Positions 11,520-19,780 of a stretch of DNA of 64,000 bases are shown in pieces; position 1 is the first letter of the stretch, and each line of letters opens with the position of its first letter. Below the pieces are notes generated by a model, which made no database searches, was not told the DNA's origin, and saw nothing but the letters and a program-made list of their open reading frames with translations. Source of the stretch: Chthoniobacterales bacterium. GTDB taxonomy: Bacteria; Verrucomicrobiota; Verrucomicrobiia; Chthoniobacterales; Chthoniobacteraceae. The position numbers and the translations under genes were made by a program. The DNA is taken from NCBI GenBank assembly GCA_038207335.1, contig JBBQZX010000015.1, positions 1 to 64,000 on the forward strand, written 5' to 3'.

Positions 11520-13046
11520 TTAGCGGTAGTTCTGCTTGAATTCGCCGACTGCGGCTTTCAACTCGGCGGTGATCTCGTCGTTGATCGCGGCTTTGTCGCG
11601 GATGTTGCTCAGCACGGCTTCCTTACGTGTGCTGAGGAAGTCCTGCAGCTTCATCTGGAAGTCTTTGATTTTATTGACCGGCACGTCGTCCATGAAGCCG
11701 TTCTGCATCGACCAAAGTGTCGCGACCTGAAGCTCGACGGGAAGCGGGTTGTACTGGACTTGCTTGAAGAGTTCGACGATGCGCGCACCGCGATCGAGGA
11801 TGCCCTTGGTCTTCGCATCGAGGTCGGAGCCGAACTGTGCGAAAGCCGCGAGTTCGCGATACTGAGCAAGGTCACCTTTGATCTTACCGGCGACTTGTTT
11901 CATCGCCTTGATCTGCGCGGCGGAACCAACGCGGCTGACCGAAAGTCCTACAGAAACGGCGGGCCGAACGCCTTGATAGAACAAGTCGGTTTCGAGGTAG
12001 ATTTGGCCGTCAGTGATCGAGATGACGTTCGTCGGAATATACGCCGACACGTCGCCGGCCTGAGTCTCGATGATTGGCAGTGCGGTGAGAGAACCATTGC
12101 CGTTCTTTTCATCGACACGCGCGCTGCGCTCGAGCAAGCGGGAGTGGAGGTAGAAGACATCGCCAGGATATGCCTCGCGTCCGGAGGGACGCTTGAGAAG
12201 GAGCGAGACTTGACGGTAGGCGACGGCGTGCTTGGACAGGTCATCGAACACGATGAGCGCGTCCATTCCATTGTCCATGAACCACTCACCCATCGCCGCG
12301 CCAGCGAACGGCGCGAGGTATTGGTTCGCCGCGGTATCGGAAGCCGTGGCGCTCAGAATGATGGTGTAGGGCATTGCGCCGGCTGCTTCGAGCGTGGCAA
12401 GCGTGCGAGCGACGTTGGAGTTCTTCTGGCCGATGCCGACGTAGATGGAGTAAAGGGGACGGAAGCCGGGCTTGCCTTCGTTGGCCTTGTTGATGCGCGC
12501 CTGATTGATGATCGTGTCGATCGCGATCGTGGTCTTGCCGGTCGTGCGGTCGCCGATGATGAGTTCGCGCTGGCCGCGACCGATCGGGATCATGGCGTCG
12601 ATGGCCATGATGCCGGTTTGCACGGGCTGGCTCACAGATTTGCGCTTGATGATGCCGGGCGCGATTTTTTCAAGCGGATAGGTCTGCGTCGTGGCAATCG
12701 GTCCCTTGCCGTCGATGGGATTACCGAGAGTATCGACGACACGCCCAAGCAAGGCTTTGCCAACCGGAACCGAGAGAAGCGTGCCCGTCGTCTTGACTTC
12801 GGTTCCTTCGATGACCTGCTTGTCGTCGCCGAGAATGATCGCGCCGACAACGGTTTCTTCGAGGTTGAGCGCCATGCCGAAAAGGCCGCCGCCGAAGTCA
12901 ATCATCTCATTGAGCATGACGTCGCTGAGACCTTCGATCTTTGCAACGCCGTCGCCGACTTCGCGGACTACCCCAACGTTGGTGCGGGCGGTGTTGGTCT
13001 TGAGGCCGCTGATTTGGGTTTCGAGTTCCTGTAAAATGGTGCTCAT
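11520..13046 (-). CDS. atpA: ATP synthase F1 alpha
   Basis: [17 protein letters not shown] and [21 protein letters not shown]. Confidence 0.99.
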   Translation of the reverse strand: MSTILQELETQISGLKTNTARTNVGVVREVGDGVAKIEGLSDVMLNEMIDFGGGLFGMALNLEETVVGAIILGDDKQVIEGTEVKTTGTLLSVPVGKALLGRVVDTLGNPIDGKGPIATTQTYPLEKIAPGIIKRKSVSQPVQTGIMAIDAMIPIGRGQRELIIGDRTTGKTTIAIDTIINQARINKANEGKPGFRPLYSIYVGIGQKNSNVARTLATLEAAGAMPYTIILSATASDTAANQYLAPFAGAAMGEWFMDNGMDALIVFDDLSKHAVAYRQVSLLLKRPSGREAYPGDVFYLHSRLLERSARVDEKNGNGSLTALPIIETQAGDVSAYIPTNVISITDGQIYLETDLFYQGVRPAVSVGLSVSRVGSAAQIKAMKQVAGKIKGDLAQYRELAAFAQFGSDLDAKTKGILDRGARIVELFKQVQYNPLPVELQVATLWSMQNGFMDDVPVNKIKDFQMKLQDFLSTRKEAVLSNIRDKAAINDEITAELKAAVGEFKQNYR

Positions 13047-13079
13047 GGAAAGTGGGAGTAAGAGTGAAAAAAGGTTGTG

Positions 13080-13481
13080 TTAGATGCTGGCGAGCTGGTT
13101 CTGGAGGCGGTCGAGACGGCCCCGGACGGTGCTATCCCAAACGTCGCTGCCCAGCTTGATGCGAAGCCCGCCGATGAGGTCGGGATTGACTTTAAACTCA
13201 GCGGTCAATTCCTTGCCGTACTTGGCGCGGAGACTCTTTTCGAGCTGTTCGCTGGTCTTCTTGTCGAGAGTCGCGGCGCTTTCGACGACTGCGTTGCGCT
13301 TCTCGACTTCGAGCCGAATGAGGCGCTGGTAGTCCTTGAGGATTTCCATGTAATGCCGCGGCTTGGTCTCCGCTACCTTTGCGGCGATCACTCTGACACG
13401 GGAGTCGTCGAGACGCCCATCGACGAAACTCTTTTGAAAGAGATCGCGGGAGAGCTTGCGGGCGTCTTTGCTTATCTTCAT
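13080..13481 (-). CDS. atpH: ATP synthase delta (short, 133 aa)
   Basis: C-terminal VNPDLIGGLRIKLGSDVWDSTV; lies between atpF and atpA. Confidence 0.92.
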   Translation of the reverse strand: MKISKDARKLSRDLFQKSFVDGRLDDSRVRVIAAKVAETKPRHYMEILKDYQRLIRLEVEKRNAVVESAATLDKKTSEQLEKSLRAKYGKELTAEFKVNPDLIGGLRIKLGSDVWDSTVRGRLDRLQNQLASI

Positions 13482-13489
13482 TTGGAGAC

Positions 13490-14044
13490 TTAGGCCGCGA
13501 TTTCGCGCGTGGCTTCCTCGCCGATGCGGCGCTGGTCGTCGGCGGTGAGGACTTTGCCGGTAACTTTCGCGGTGGTGTCCACGACGAGGCGAGCAAGTTC
13601 GCGCCTCAGGTCGGTCATCATCTTGTCGCGCTCCATCACGGTTGCTTCGCGTGCTTTCTTCACGATTTGCTCGGCCTCCAAAACGGCCTGCTGTGCCTGC
13701 TTTTCACCCAAGGCCTTTGCTGCGGTGCGGGCCTCGTCGATGAGCTTCTGCGCCTCGGCATTTGCTTTTAAAAGGATGTCGCTGGAGGTCTGCTGCGCTT
13801 CCGCGAGTTGCACCTTGATGTGCTCGGCATTTGCAAGGCCTTCGGCGATCTTTTGACGACGCTGCTCCAGCACGTCGAGGATTGGCTTGTAAGCGTATTT
13901 TTGAAGGACAAAGCAGACGAGCGCGAAGCTGATGCACTGGGAGAGAAAGCCCCACCAGTTCACTCCGAATGTGTGCGCGATACCGCTGAAGGTGTCCACA
14001 AAACCGCCGCCTTCAGTCGCGGCGAGAACAGTAAGAAGCGTCAT
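13490..14044 (-). CDS. atpF: ATP synthase F0 subunit b
   Basis: TM followed by KYAYKPILDVLEQRRQKI and a coiled coil. Confidence 0.95.
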   Translation of the reverse strand: MTLLTVLAATEGGGFVDTFSGIAHTFGVNWWGFLSQCISFALVCFVLQKYAYKPILDVLEQRRQKIAEGLANAEHIKVQLAEAQQTSSDILLKANAEAQKLIDEARTAAKALGEKQAQQAVLEAEQIVKKAREATVMERDKMMTDLRRELARLVVDTTAKVTGKVLTADDQRRIGEEATREIAA

Positions 14045-14059
14045 AGGTCGATAGGCTCT

Positions 14060-14103
14060 GGGAAAAGAAAAGCTGGCGCGGCGCCGACGAGCGGCACCGC
14101 GCC
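14060..14103 (-). terminator. Intra-operon terminator-like hairpin after atpE
   Basis: Minus strand reads ggcgcggtgccg-ctcgt-cggcgccgcgcc followed by agcttttctttt. Confidence 0.65.
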
Positions 14104-14110
14104 GGACGAA

Positions 14111-14347
14111 CTACTTTCCGAGGAACAGCGCGAAGAAGACGATGCCTTCCGCGAACGCGGTGCTCAGAATGGCCTGGATGAGAATCTTCGTGGCCGCGCC
14201 GGGATTGCGCCCGACGGCTTCGGAAGCCTTCATGCCAATGAGACCGACGCCGATGGCCGCGCCGAGAGCGCCCAAGCCGCCTTGGATGCTGCCGTTGATG
14301 CCGCTGGTCGTGGTCACAGCCTCAGCGAGGAGAGGTAGGATATTCAT
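14111..14347 (-). CDS. atpE: ATP synthase F0 subunit c
   Basis: Gly-rich helix GALGAAIGVG, RNP loop and ion-binding Glu in AFAEGI. Confidence 0.96.
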   Translation of the reverse strand: MNILPLLAEAVTTTSGINGSIQGGLGALGAAIGVGLIGMKASEAVGRNPGAATKILIQAILSTAFAEGIVFFALFLGK

Positions 14348-14428
14348 GGTTTGTTTTTCTTGTTGGTTTGGTTTTCCCGACGACCCCCGCAGTCATGCAC
14401 GGTCCGGCCGACGAAAGTGTTAAGAGAT

Positions 14429-15400
14429 TTAGTGATGCGCGGGGCCGTCGTCGTGGCTGCAAATGAGGAGGGTGAAGACGGCAGTAAGAAGCATGAAGAC
14501 GAGGGCCTGAACGAGACCGACGAGGAGTTCCATGAAGTAGAACGGAATCGGGATGAGCCAGCCGAGCGACGGGATCATCGTGGACATCGACTCCAGCATA
14601 TTTTCCCCGGCATACACATTTCCGTAGAGTCGGAAGCTGAGCGAGACGGGGCGGAACAGGATCGAAATGACCTCGAGGACGCCGACGATGATAAACACGA
14701 AGATCATCAGGTATTTCATGAAGCCAGTGGCGTCGCCCTTTGGCCCGAAAAGGTGGAGCACAAACCCACCCGCCCCGTTTTCCTGAAGAGCCCAGACGAG
14801 CCAGCAAACGAAGAAGATACACGACATCGCGAGCGTCATGTTCATGTCGGCATTGCCCCCGCGGAGCAGCGGCGTGTCGAAGTGCTCGAACCGGCCCGTG
14901 GCATCTGGAACTCCCCAACCCATCGTGCCGACGCCCGGCAGGAGGCCGAACCAGTTGGTGGCCAAGATAAAGATGAAGATCGAGGCGAAGAACCAGAAGG
15001 TCTTGTTGACGAGTTTTGGCCCAATGATCGTTCCGAGGAAGTCGTGAAGGCTTTCGACGAGAAATTCCCAAAAATTCTGCGCGCCTTGCGGGACTTCTTT
15101 CATCCGCGCGGTGGCGATGCGTGCGAAGATGAGGATGCCGAGCGCGACAACCCATGTGACGATCATGGAGTTCGTGATCTCAATCGGGCCGATTTTGAGG
15201 CCGGGGATGCTGGGCGCATGAGAGGAGATGGAGTGATGCACGGCGCCCTCATTGGCGGGAGCGTCCTCGCTAACGATCTCCTGTGCGAAAGTGGTGAGCG
15301 CGAAACCGCACACCATCGCCAGCGACATGAGCCAGTAAAGCGCGCGGCGAGAGGCACGCGCGGCGCGGAAAGCATCGAAAGTGGGGACGAGTTTGCTCAT
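14429..15400 (-). CDS. atpB: ATP synthase F0 subunit a
   Basis: NWFGLLPG, RPVSLSFRLYGN and GLVQALVFMLLT. Start uncertain (ATG 15400 used; the ORF extends to 15457). Confidence 0.95.
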   Translation of the reverse strand: MSKLVPTFDAFRAARASRRALYWLMSLAMVCGFALTTFAQEIVSEDAPANEGAVHHSISSHAPSIPGLKIGPIEITNSMIVTWVVALGILIFARIATARMKEVPQGAQNFWEFLVESLHDFLGTIIGPKLVNKTFWFFASIFIFILATNWFGLLPGVGTMGWGVPDATGRFEHFDTPLLRGGNADMNMTLAMSCIFFVCWLVWALQENGAGGFVLHLFGPKGDATGFMKYLMIFVFIIVGVLEVISILFRPVSLSFRLYGNVYAGENMLESMSTMIPSLGWLIPIPFYFMELLVGLVQALVFMLLTAVFTLLICSHDDGPAHH

Positions 15401-15502
15401 TTCCAAAAAGATCAACGGGGCGAAAACTGAAGAGGCGATTCGCATCGCGAGGAGCACCGGGGAGGTGGGGTCCGCACTCGGAAATCTGGCGTTGAAGCGT
15501 GG

Positions 15503-15558
15503 ATGAAAAGCGGTTTCTGAATAGTTGGCAAGAAGTTTGTGAAATTTTTCACAAACTT
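15503..15558 (-). promoter_or_regulatory. Putative sigma70 promoter of atp operon with adjacent TTGTGAA-N4-TTCACAA operator
   Basis: Minus strand TTGCCA-17nt-TTTCAT (15531-15503). Palindrome aagtttgtgaaa-tt-tttcacaaactt at 15533-15558. Confidence 0.65.
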
Positions 15559-15607
15559 TTTTACGGGCTGGGAAAGAACGCCGGGCCGTGAAAAACAGGA
15601 TGGGGGA

Positions 15608-16675
15608 TTAGGGTGCCGTGGTTACTTCTGTTGCGCGCAAGATCGGTTCGTTGTCGTCTTGCAGACGGTCGCGATAGAGCTTCCCGCCAACGAAGTCGCT
15701 GCGGTCGTCAGCGCGCCCATACGTCGATTTTTGATCTGCGGTCTGGCCTCCTTCGTTCGCGATGAGTAGGCCCTTTCCGGGGATCGCCACGATACCGGAC
15801 AGGGCTCCCTGCTTGTTGTTGCCGAAAGGCGAAAGCTCCAGTTCTTCCCACGGAACGCTGAGATTTCCGATGACCGCGAGGTTTTCATCGATCACGGAGA
15901 TTGCACGCTCGGTGTAGCGAGTCACAAATGCACGCCCGTTATCGAATGCAATCGCCATCGGCGTGTTAACGGCGACGGAGCTTAAATTCTGCCCGTCAGC
16001 ATCGACTTTGAAGACCTTGTTTCCCTTCAAATCAGCGCACCAAAGCCGGCCCTTTGCATCGACAGCGACGCCGCGCAGATCAAGAGCCCCGGGGATTTTC
16101 AGGACGCCTTCGCCTCCAAATCCTTTAAGCGTCGCGGTGAGGTCACCACCGTTTCCAGCGATGATCCAGCGACGGATCGTTGCCTCCTCACGGTCGGTGG
16201 AGTAGAGGACGAAATCGTTTCCGTCTTTTGCAGTCGCAAGACCCTCGCACATGCCGCATGGGATGACGAGCAAGCGCTTCTGGAGCGAAGCGTCATAGAC
16301 GAGGATTTGAAATTCGTTGGCGATATAGACGCGTCCAGCGCTGTCGATGGCGATCGATTTTCCCAAGACTCCGGGGAGGATGGCGACCGTGGCGCGCTCG
16401 TAGTCGGCGGTCTCAAGCTCGATGCGGCGCACCTCGCCGCTGCCGCCCAGACTGTGGTGGTATCCTGCGTAGAGAAATTTCGAGTCGGGGGAAATCGCGA
16501 GGCCGCGATTGTGGCGTGGCGATACCTTCTGCGTGCGGCCGAAAATCGAGCGACTCGTGTCAATGAGGTATTGCACCGACCACTTGTAGGCGTCGCCAGC
16601 GTGCACTGGCTGCGCAGTGGCGAGACTGAGCGATATGCCGAAAATAAGGAGGGAGGTGGCTCGTGCGAAGTGCAT
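15608..16675 (-). CDS. Secreted hypothetical protein, probable beta-propeller (NHL/SMP-30-like)
   Basis: Signal peptide and repeated blades: GLAISPD, SIAIDSAGRVYIA, GVAVDAKGRLW, PMAIAFD. Confidence 0.7.
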   Translation of the reverse strand: MHFARATSLLIFGISLSLATAQPVHAGDAYKWSVQYLIDTSRSIFGRTQKVSPRHNRGLAISPDSKFLYAGYHHSLGGSGEVRRIELETADYERATVAILPGVLGKSIAIDSAGRVYIANEFQILVYDASLQKRLLVIPCGMCEGLATAKDGNDFVLYSTDREEATIRRWIIAGNGGDLTATLKGFGGEGVLKIPGALDLRGVAVDAKGRLWCADLKGNKVFKVDADGQNLSSVAVNTPMAIAFDNGRAFVTRYTERAISVIDENLAVIGNLSVPWEELELSPFGNNKQGALSGIVAIPGKGLLIANEGGQTADQKSTYGRADDRSDFVGGKLYRDRLQDDNEPILRATEVTTAP

Positions 16676-16762
16676 TATGGGGTGGTGCTGCGAATGAAGT
16701 GCGCGAGGGTGTCGGGGCGAGGACGGATTGTCAACGGACACGCATGGGCGTGGCGCGGCTGT

Positions 16763-18016
16763 CTATTTAAAGAAACGGTCAAAGAAACCGCGAGGCAGTT
16801 TTGGGTCGAGGGCGAACGCTTTTGCGGGCGGCGCCACGCCACCGAGTCGTACCAGCAAATGCTTTAGCGAGCGCGTGGTGTTTTCGATCGCGAAATTCGC
16901 GATGGCCGCGCCGCGCCCGCGCTGGCTGAATTTTGCCGCGAGGACGGCATCTCGCAGGAGTTGCTCGATCGCGATGGCGAGCGCGCTGGGCGTCCGCGGC
17001 GCGACGAGCAGTCCGCTCTCGCCGTGCTGGATCATCTCCGGGATGCCGGCGAGGCGCGTGGAAATGACAGGCACGCCGCACATCATCGCCTCCATGATGA
17101 CGGTTGGCAGATTGTCGCTGCCGCCGCCCGCTTCGGGGACGCATGGCAGGACGAAAAGCCGCGCGCCCGCGATCAACTCGCGCACTTCTGTCTGCGAGCG
17201 CGGGCCGAGCAGGCGCACGCAATCGCCGAGCGCCGCGCGGTCGATCTGCGCCTGCAAATCCTGTTGCAGCGGGCCTTCGCCGACGATGAGGCACTCGAAT
17301 GCGCGCCCGGTTTCCTTCACGCGCCGGCACGCTTCGATCAAATCGGTGAACCCTTTTTTCTCCACGTATCGTCCGACCGACAGGATGCGAGGCTCTCCCG
17401 CGACCGGCGCGTGCGGCGGGAAATCACGGTCGATTCCGTTATAAACACGGAAGATCTTCTTCTCCGCGCGCGGATATTTTTTCTGCATCCACTGGCGCGC
17501 GAAGTCGGTTTCGGTGACGACGAATTTTGCGTCACGCACGAGACTCGCATTCGAGACCGGAAAATCGTTTTCGCAGAAAATATCGTTCGCGTGACCGGTG
17601 AAGCTGTAGCCGATCCCAAACAGCTCGCGCAGCCACCACGCCGTGCGCGCCGCCATCCCGCCGAAATGCGCATGGACGTGCTTAATCCCCTTTCGCTGCA
17701 ACTCCGGCCCGAGCCATGCGGCCTCGAAAACGCGGTTTGAATCATTCTCGAGCCGCGCCTTCGGGATCGCGCGATGGACTGCGCCCGTCAGCTTTCCCGC
17801 CTCGCGAAGCCGGTCGATTTCAGCGCGCATTTCATCCGTTTCTGGCAGGTGGAAAATGTCGGCGTCGAGCTGCTCCGCCAGATTTTCCGGATCGTCGGAG
17901 TGCCTGATGGATACAAGCATCGGAGCCATCTGCTGACGCAGCATCTCGCACGCTTCGCGATAGACGAAGGTCTGCACGAACGACGGAAACCGCTCAAAAA
18001 GATAAGCGAACGACAT
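16763..18016 (-). CDS. Glycosyltransferase family 4 (WcaL-like)
   Basis: HVHAHFG, SVGRYVEKKG and DNLPTVIMEAM. Confidence 0.9.
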   Translation of the reverse strand: MSFAYLFERFPSFVQTFVYREACEMLRQQMAPMLVSIRHSDDPENLAEQLDADIFHLPETDEMRAEIDRLREAGKLTGAVHRAIPKARLENDSNRVFEAAWLGPELQRKGIKHVHAHFGGMAARTAWWLRELFGIGYSFTGHANDIFCENDFPVSNASLVRDAKFVVTETDFARQWMQKKYPRAEKKIFRVYNGIDRDFPPHAPVAGEPRILSVGRYVEKKGFTDLIEACRRVKETGRAFECLIVGEGPLQQDLQAQIDRAALGDCVRLLGPRSQTEVRELIAGARLFVLPCVPEAGGGSDNLPTVIMEAMMCGVPVISTRLAGIPEMIQHGESGLLVAPRTPSALAIAIEQLLRDAVLAAKFSQRGRGAAIANFAIENTTRSLKHLLVRLGGVAPPAKAFALDPKLPRGFFDRFFK

Positions 18017-18022
18017 CGGGAA

Positions 18023-19192
18023 TCAGGGCCCTCTCAGCGCTTCGTCGTAGATGGCTTCGAGGTTTTCGATTGCGCGGCTTTGCTCGAATTCATCATGCAC
18101 GGCGCGCGATGCCGCCTGGCCGAAGATGTAGAGCAAATCGGCGTTCGATGTGATTTGGCGCATCGCGGCGGACAGCGCTTCGTCGTCGCGCTCGGGCACG
18201 AGGAGGCCAGTGCGCTCATGCGTGACGGCCTCGGGGATGCCGCCGTGCGTGGTTGCGAGGACGGGCAGGCCAGATGCCATCGCCTCCAGCATCGAGTTCG
18301 GCACGCCTTCTTGATTTTGATCCGCCGGCATCTCGCTCGGGTGGAGGAAGACGTGCGAGCGAGCGAAAAGATCGGCGAGTTCTTTCTGGCCAAGAAACCC
18401 GCGAAGGCTGATGGAATCAGCGACTCCCAGCTCCCGCGCGAAATCCTCGATCTCGTTTTTCATCGGACCATCGCCTGCGATCACGAACTGCGCCTTCGGA
18501 TTATCCGCGTGAAATCTCGCGAATGCGCGGACCGCGGTGCGCAGCCCCTTTTTCTCGATCAAGCGGCACGCTTGCACGAACCGCCATGAGCCATCCACAG
18601 GCAGCGGACGTTGCGTGAATGCGAAGTCGTCGAGCGGAATTCCGGTGCGGTTAAGACGCAATTTTTCGCGCGGACAGCCGAGCGCTTCGAGCCGCGACAT
18701 GAGCGATTTGGACCGCGCGAGCACAAGCGGCACGGTGCGCAGCAACTCGCGCATCTGGTCGTCGAAGCCCGGTTGCTGCGGGCGCGGCTGCGTATCCATG
18801 CCGTGAAAAGAAACGACGCATGGGCACTTCCACTCCTGGATGAAGGGCAGCAAATGCACGCCCGTGTGACCGAAATAAATGTGCATCAGATCGGCGGGCC
18901 GCCGCTTGAGGATCTTGAGGAGTACTTGCAACTCTCCACGGTAGTAAACGGGCGGGCGCCGCATCACATATTTCAGCGCGAACCGCTTGATGAAATTTTT
19001 CCGTGCCCGCGGGATCAACTCGATATCGTCGAACGGGAACTCCTCCGCACCCATCCGTTCGCGCGTCATCACGAAAGTTTTGTAGCGCCGCAAGCCCGTC
19101 ACCTGCCGGTAAATGTGGCGCATCTCCGGCTTCAGAAACGTCGTGCAATAGCTCGCTACGATCGGCTGTGCGGCGGTATCCGGTGCAGGCAT
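18023..19192 (-). CDS. Glycosyltransferase family 4
   Basis: VSFHGMD, RLIEKKG and EGVPNSMLEAMASG. Confidence 0.9.
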   Translation of the reverse strand: MPAPDTAAQPIVASYCTTFLKPEMRHIYRQVTGLRRYKTFVMTRERMGAEEFPFDDIELIPRARKNFIKRFALKYVMRRPPVYYRGELQVLLKILKRRPADLMHIYFGHTGVHLLPFIQEWKCPCVVSFHGMDTQPRPQQPGFDDQMRELLRTVPLVLARSKSLMSRLEALGCPREKLRLNRTGIPLDDFAFTQRPLPVDGSWRFVQACRLIEKKGLRTAVRAFARFHADNPKAQFVIAGDGPMKNEIEDFARELGVADSISLRGFLGQKELADLFARSHVFLHPSEMPADQNQEGVPNSMLEAMASGLPVLATTHGGIPEAVTHERTGLLVPERDDEALSAAMRQITSNADLLYIFGQAASRAVHDEFEQSRAIENLEAIYDEALRGP

Positions 19193-19251
19193 GAGCCGCG
19201 CGTTTTATCCGCCGCGAAACGAGTCGGCGACAGGAAAAGCCACGGGCACCG

Positions 19252-19677
19252 CTACTCCCCGCCGCCGCTCATTTTCAGCAAGAGAGCCCACTCCTCCTCA
19301 CGAATCGGCACAACCGAGATGCGCGATTGCCGCAGCAGAGCGATCTCGCGCAAGACGGATGCAGCCTTGATCTCCGCGAGCGTCACAGGCTGCGCGAGCG
19401 CCTTTATCGGCACCAGATCGACGCACGACCAATCCCCCTCCTCCGCCGTGGCATCCGCGTACGCCGTCGTCGCCACTTTAGCGATCCCCACGATCTCTTT
19501 GCCCGCCACGCTGTGGTAGAAAAAGACGCGGTCTCCGAGCTTCATTGCCCGCAGATTATTGCGCGCCTGATAGTTGCGGACGCCGGTCCACGAGGCACGT
19601 CCGTCCGTGACGAATTGGCTCCACGAATACGATGCGGGCTCGGACTTCACGAGCCAGTGCTGCGCGGGTTTGATCAT
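19252..19677 (-). CDS. EVE domain protein
   Basis: WLVKSEP, WTGVRNYQARN, FFYHS and RQSRISV. Confidence 0.92.
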   Translation of the reverse strand: MIKPAQHWLVKSEPASYSWSQFVTDGRASWTGVRNYQARNNLRAMKLGDRVFFYHSVAGKEIVGIAKVATTAYADATAEEGDWSCVDLVPIKALAQPVTLAEIKAASVLREIALLRQSRISVVPIREEEWALLLKMSGGGE

Positions 19678-19780
19678 CGGTGCGGTGTGGGCAGAAGCCG
19701 GTCGCGGCTCAAGGAAAAAGCACGCCCAGAGAAATTCTTGCGGGCGGGCGCGCGATGACGGACGACTGAATGCCTCTCCC

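Noticed and set aside
14111..14347. Na+-coupled ATP synthase or N-ATPase
   Set aside because: Subunit c has AEGI and lacks the Q...ES/T Na+ signature; gene order is the standard BEFHAGDC.
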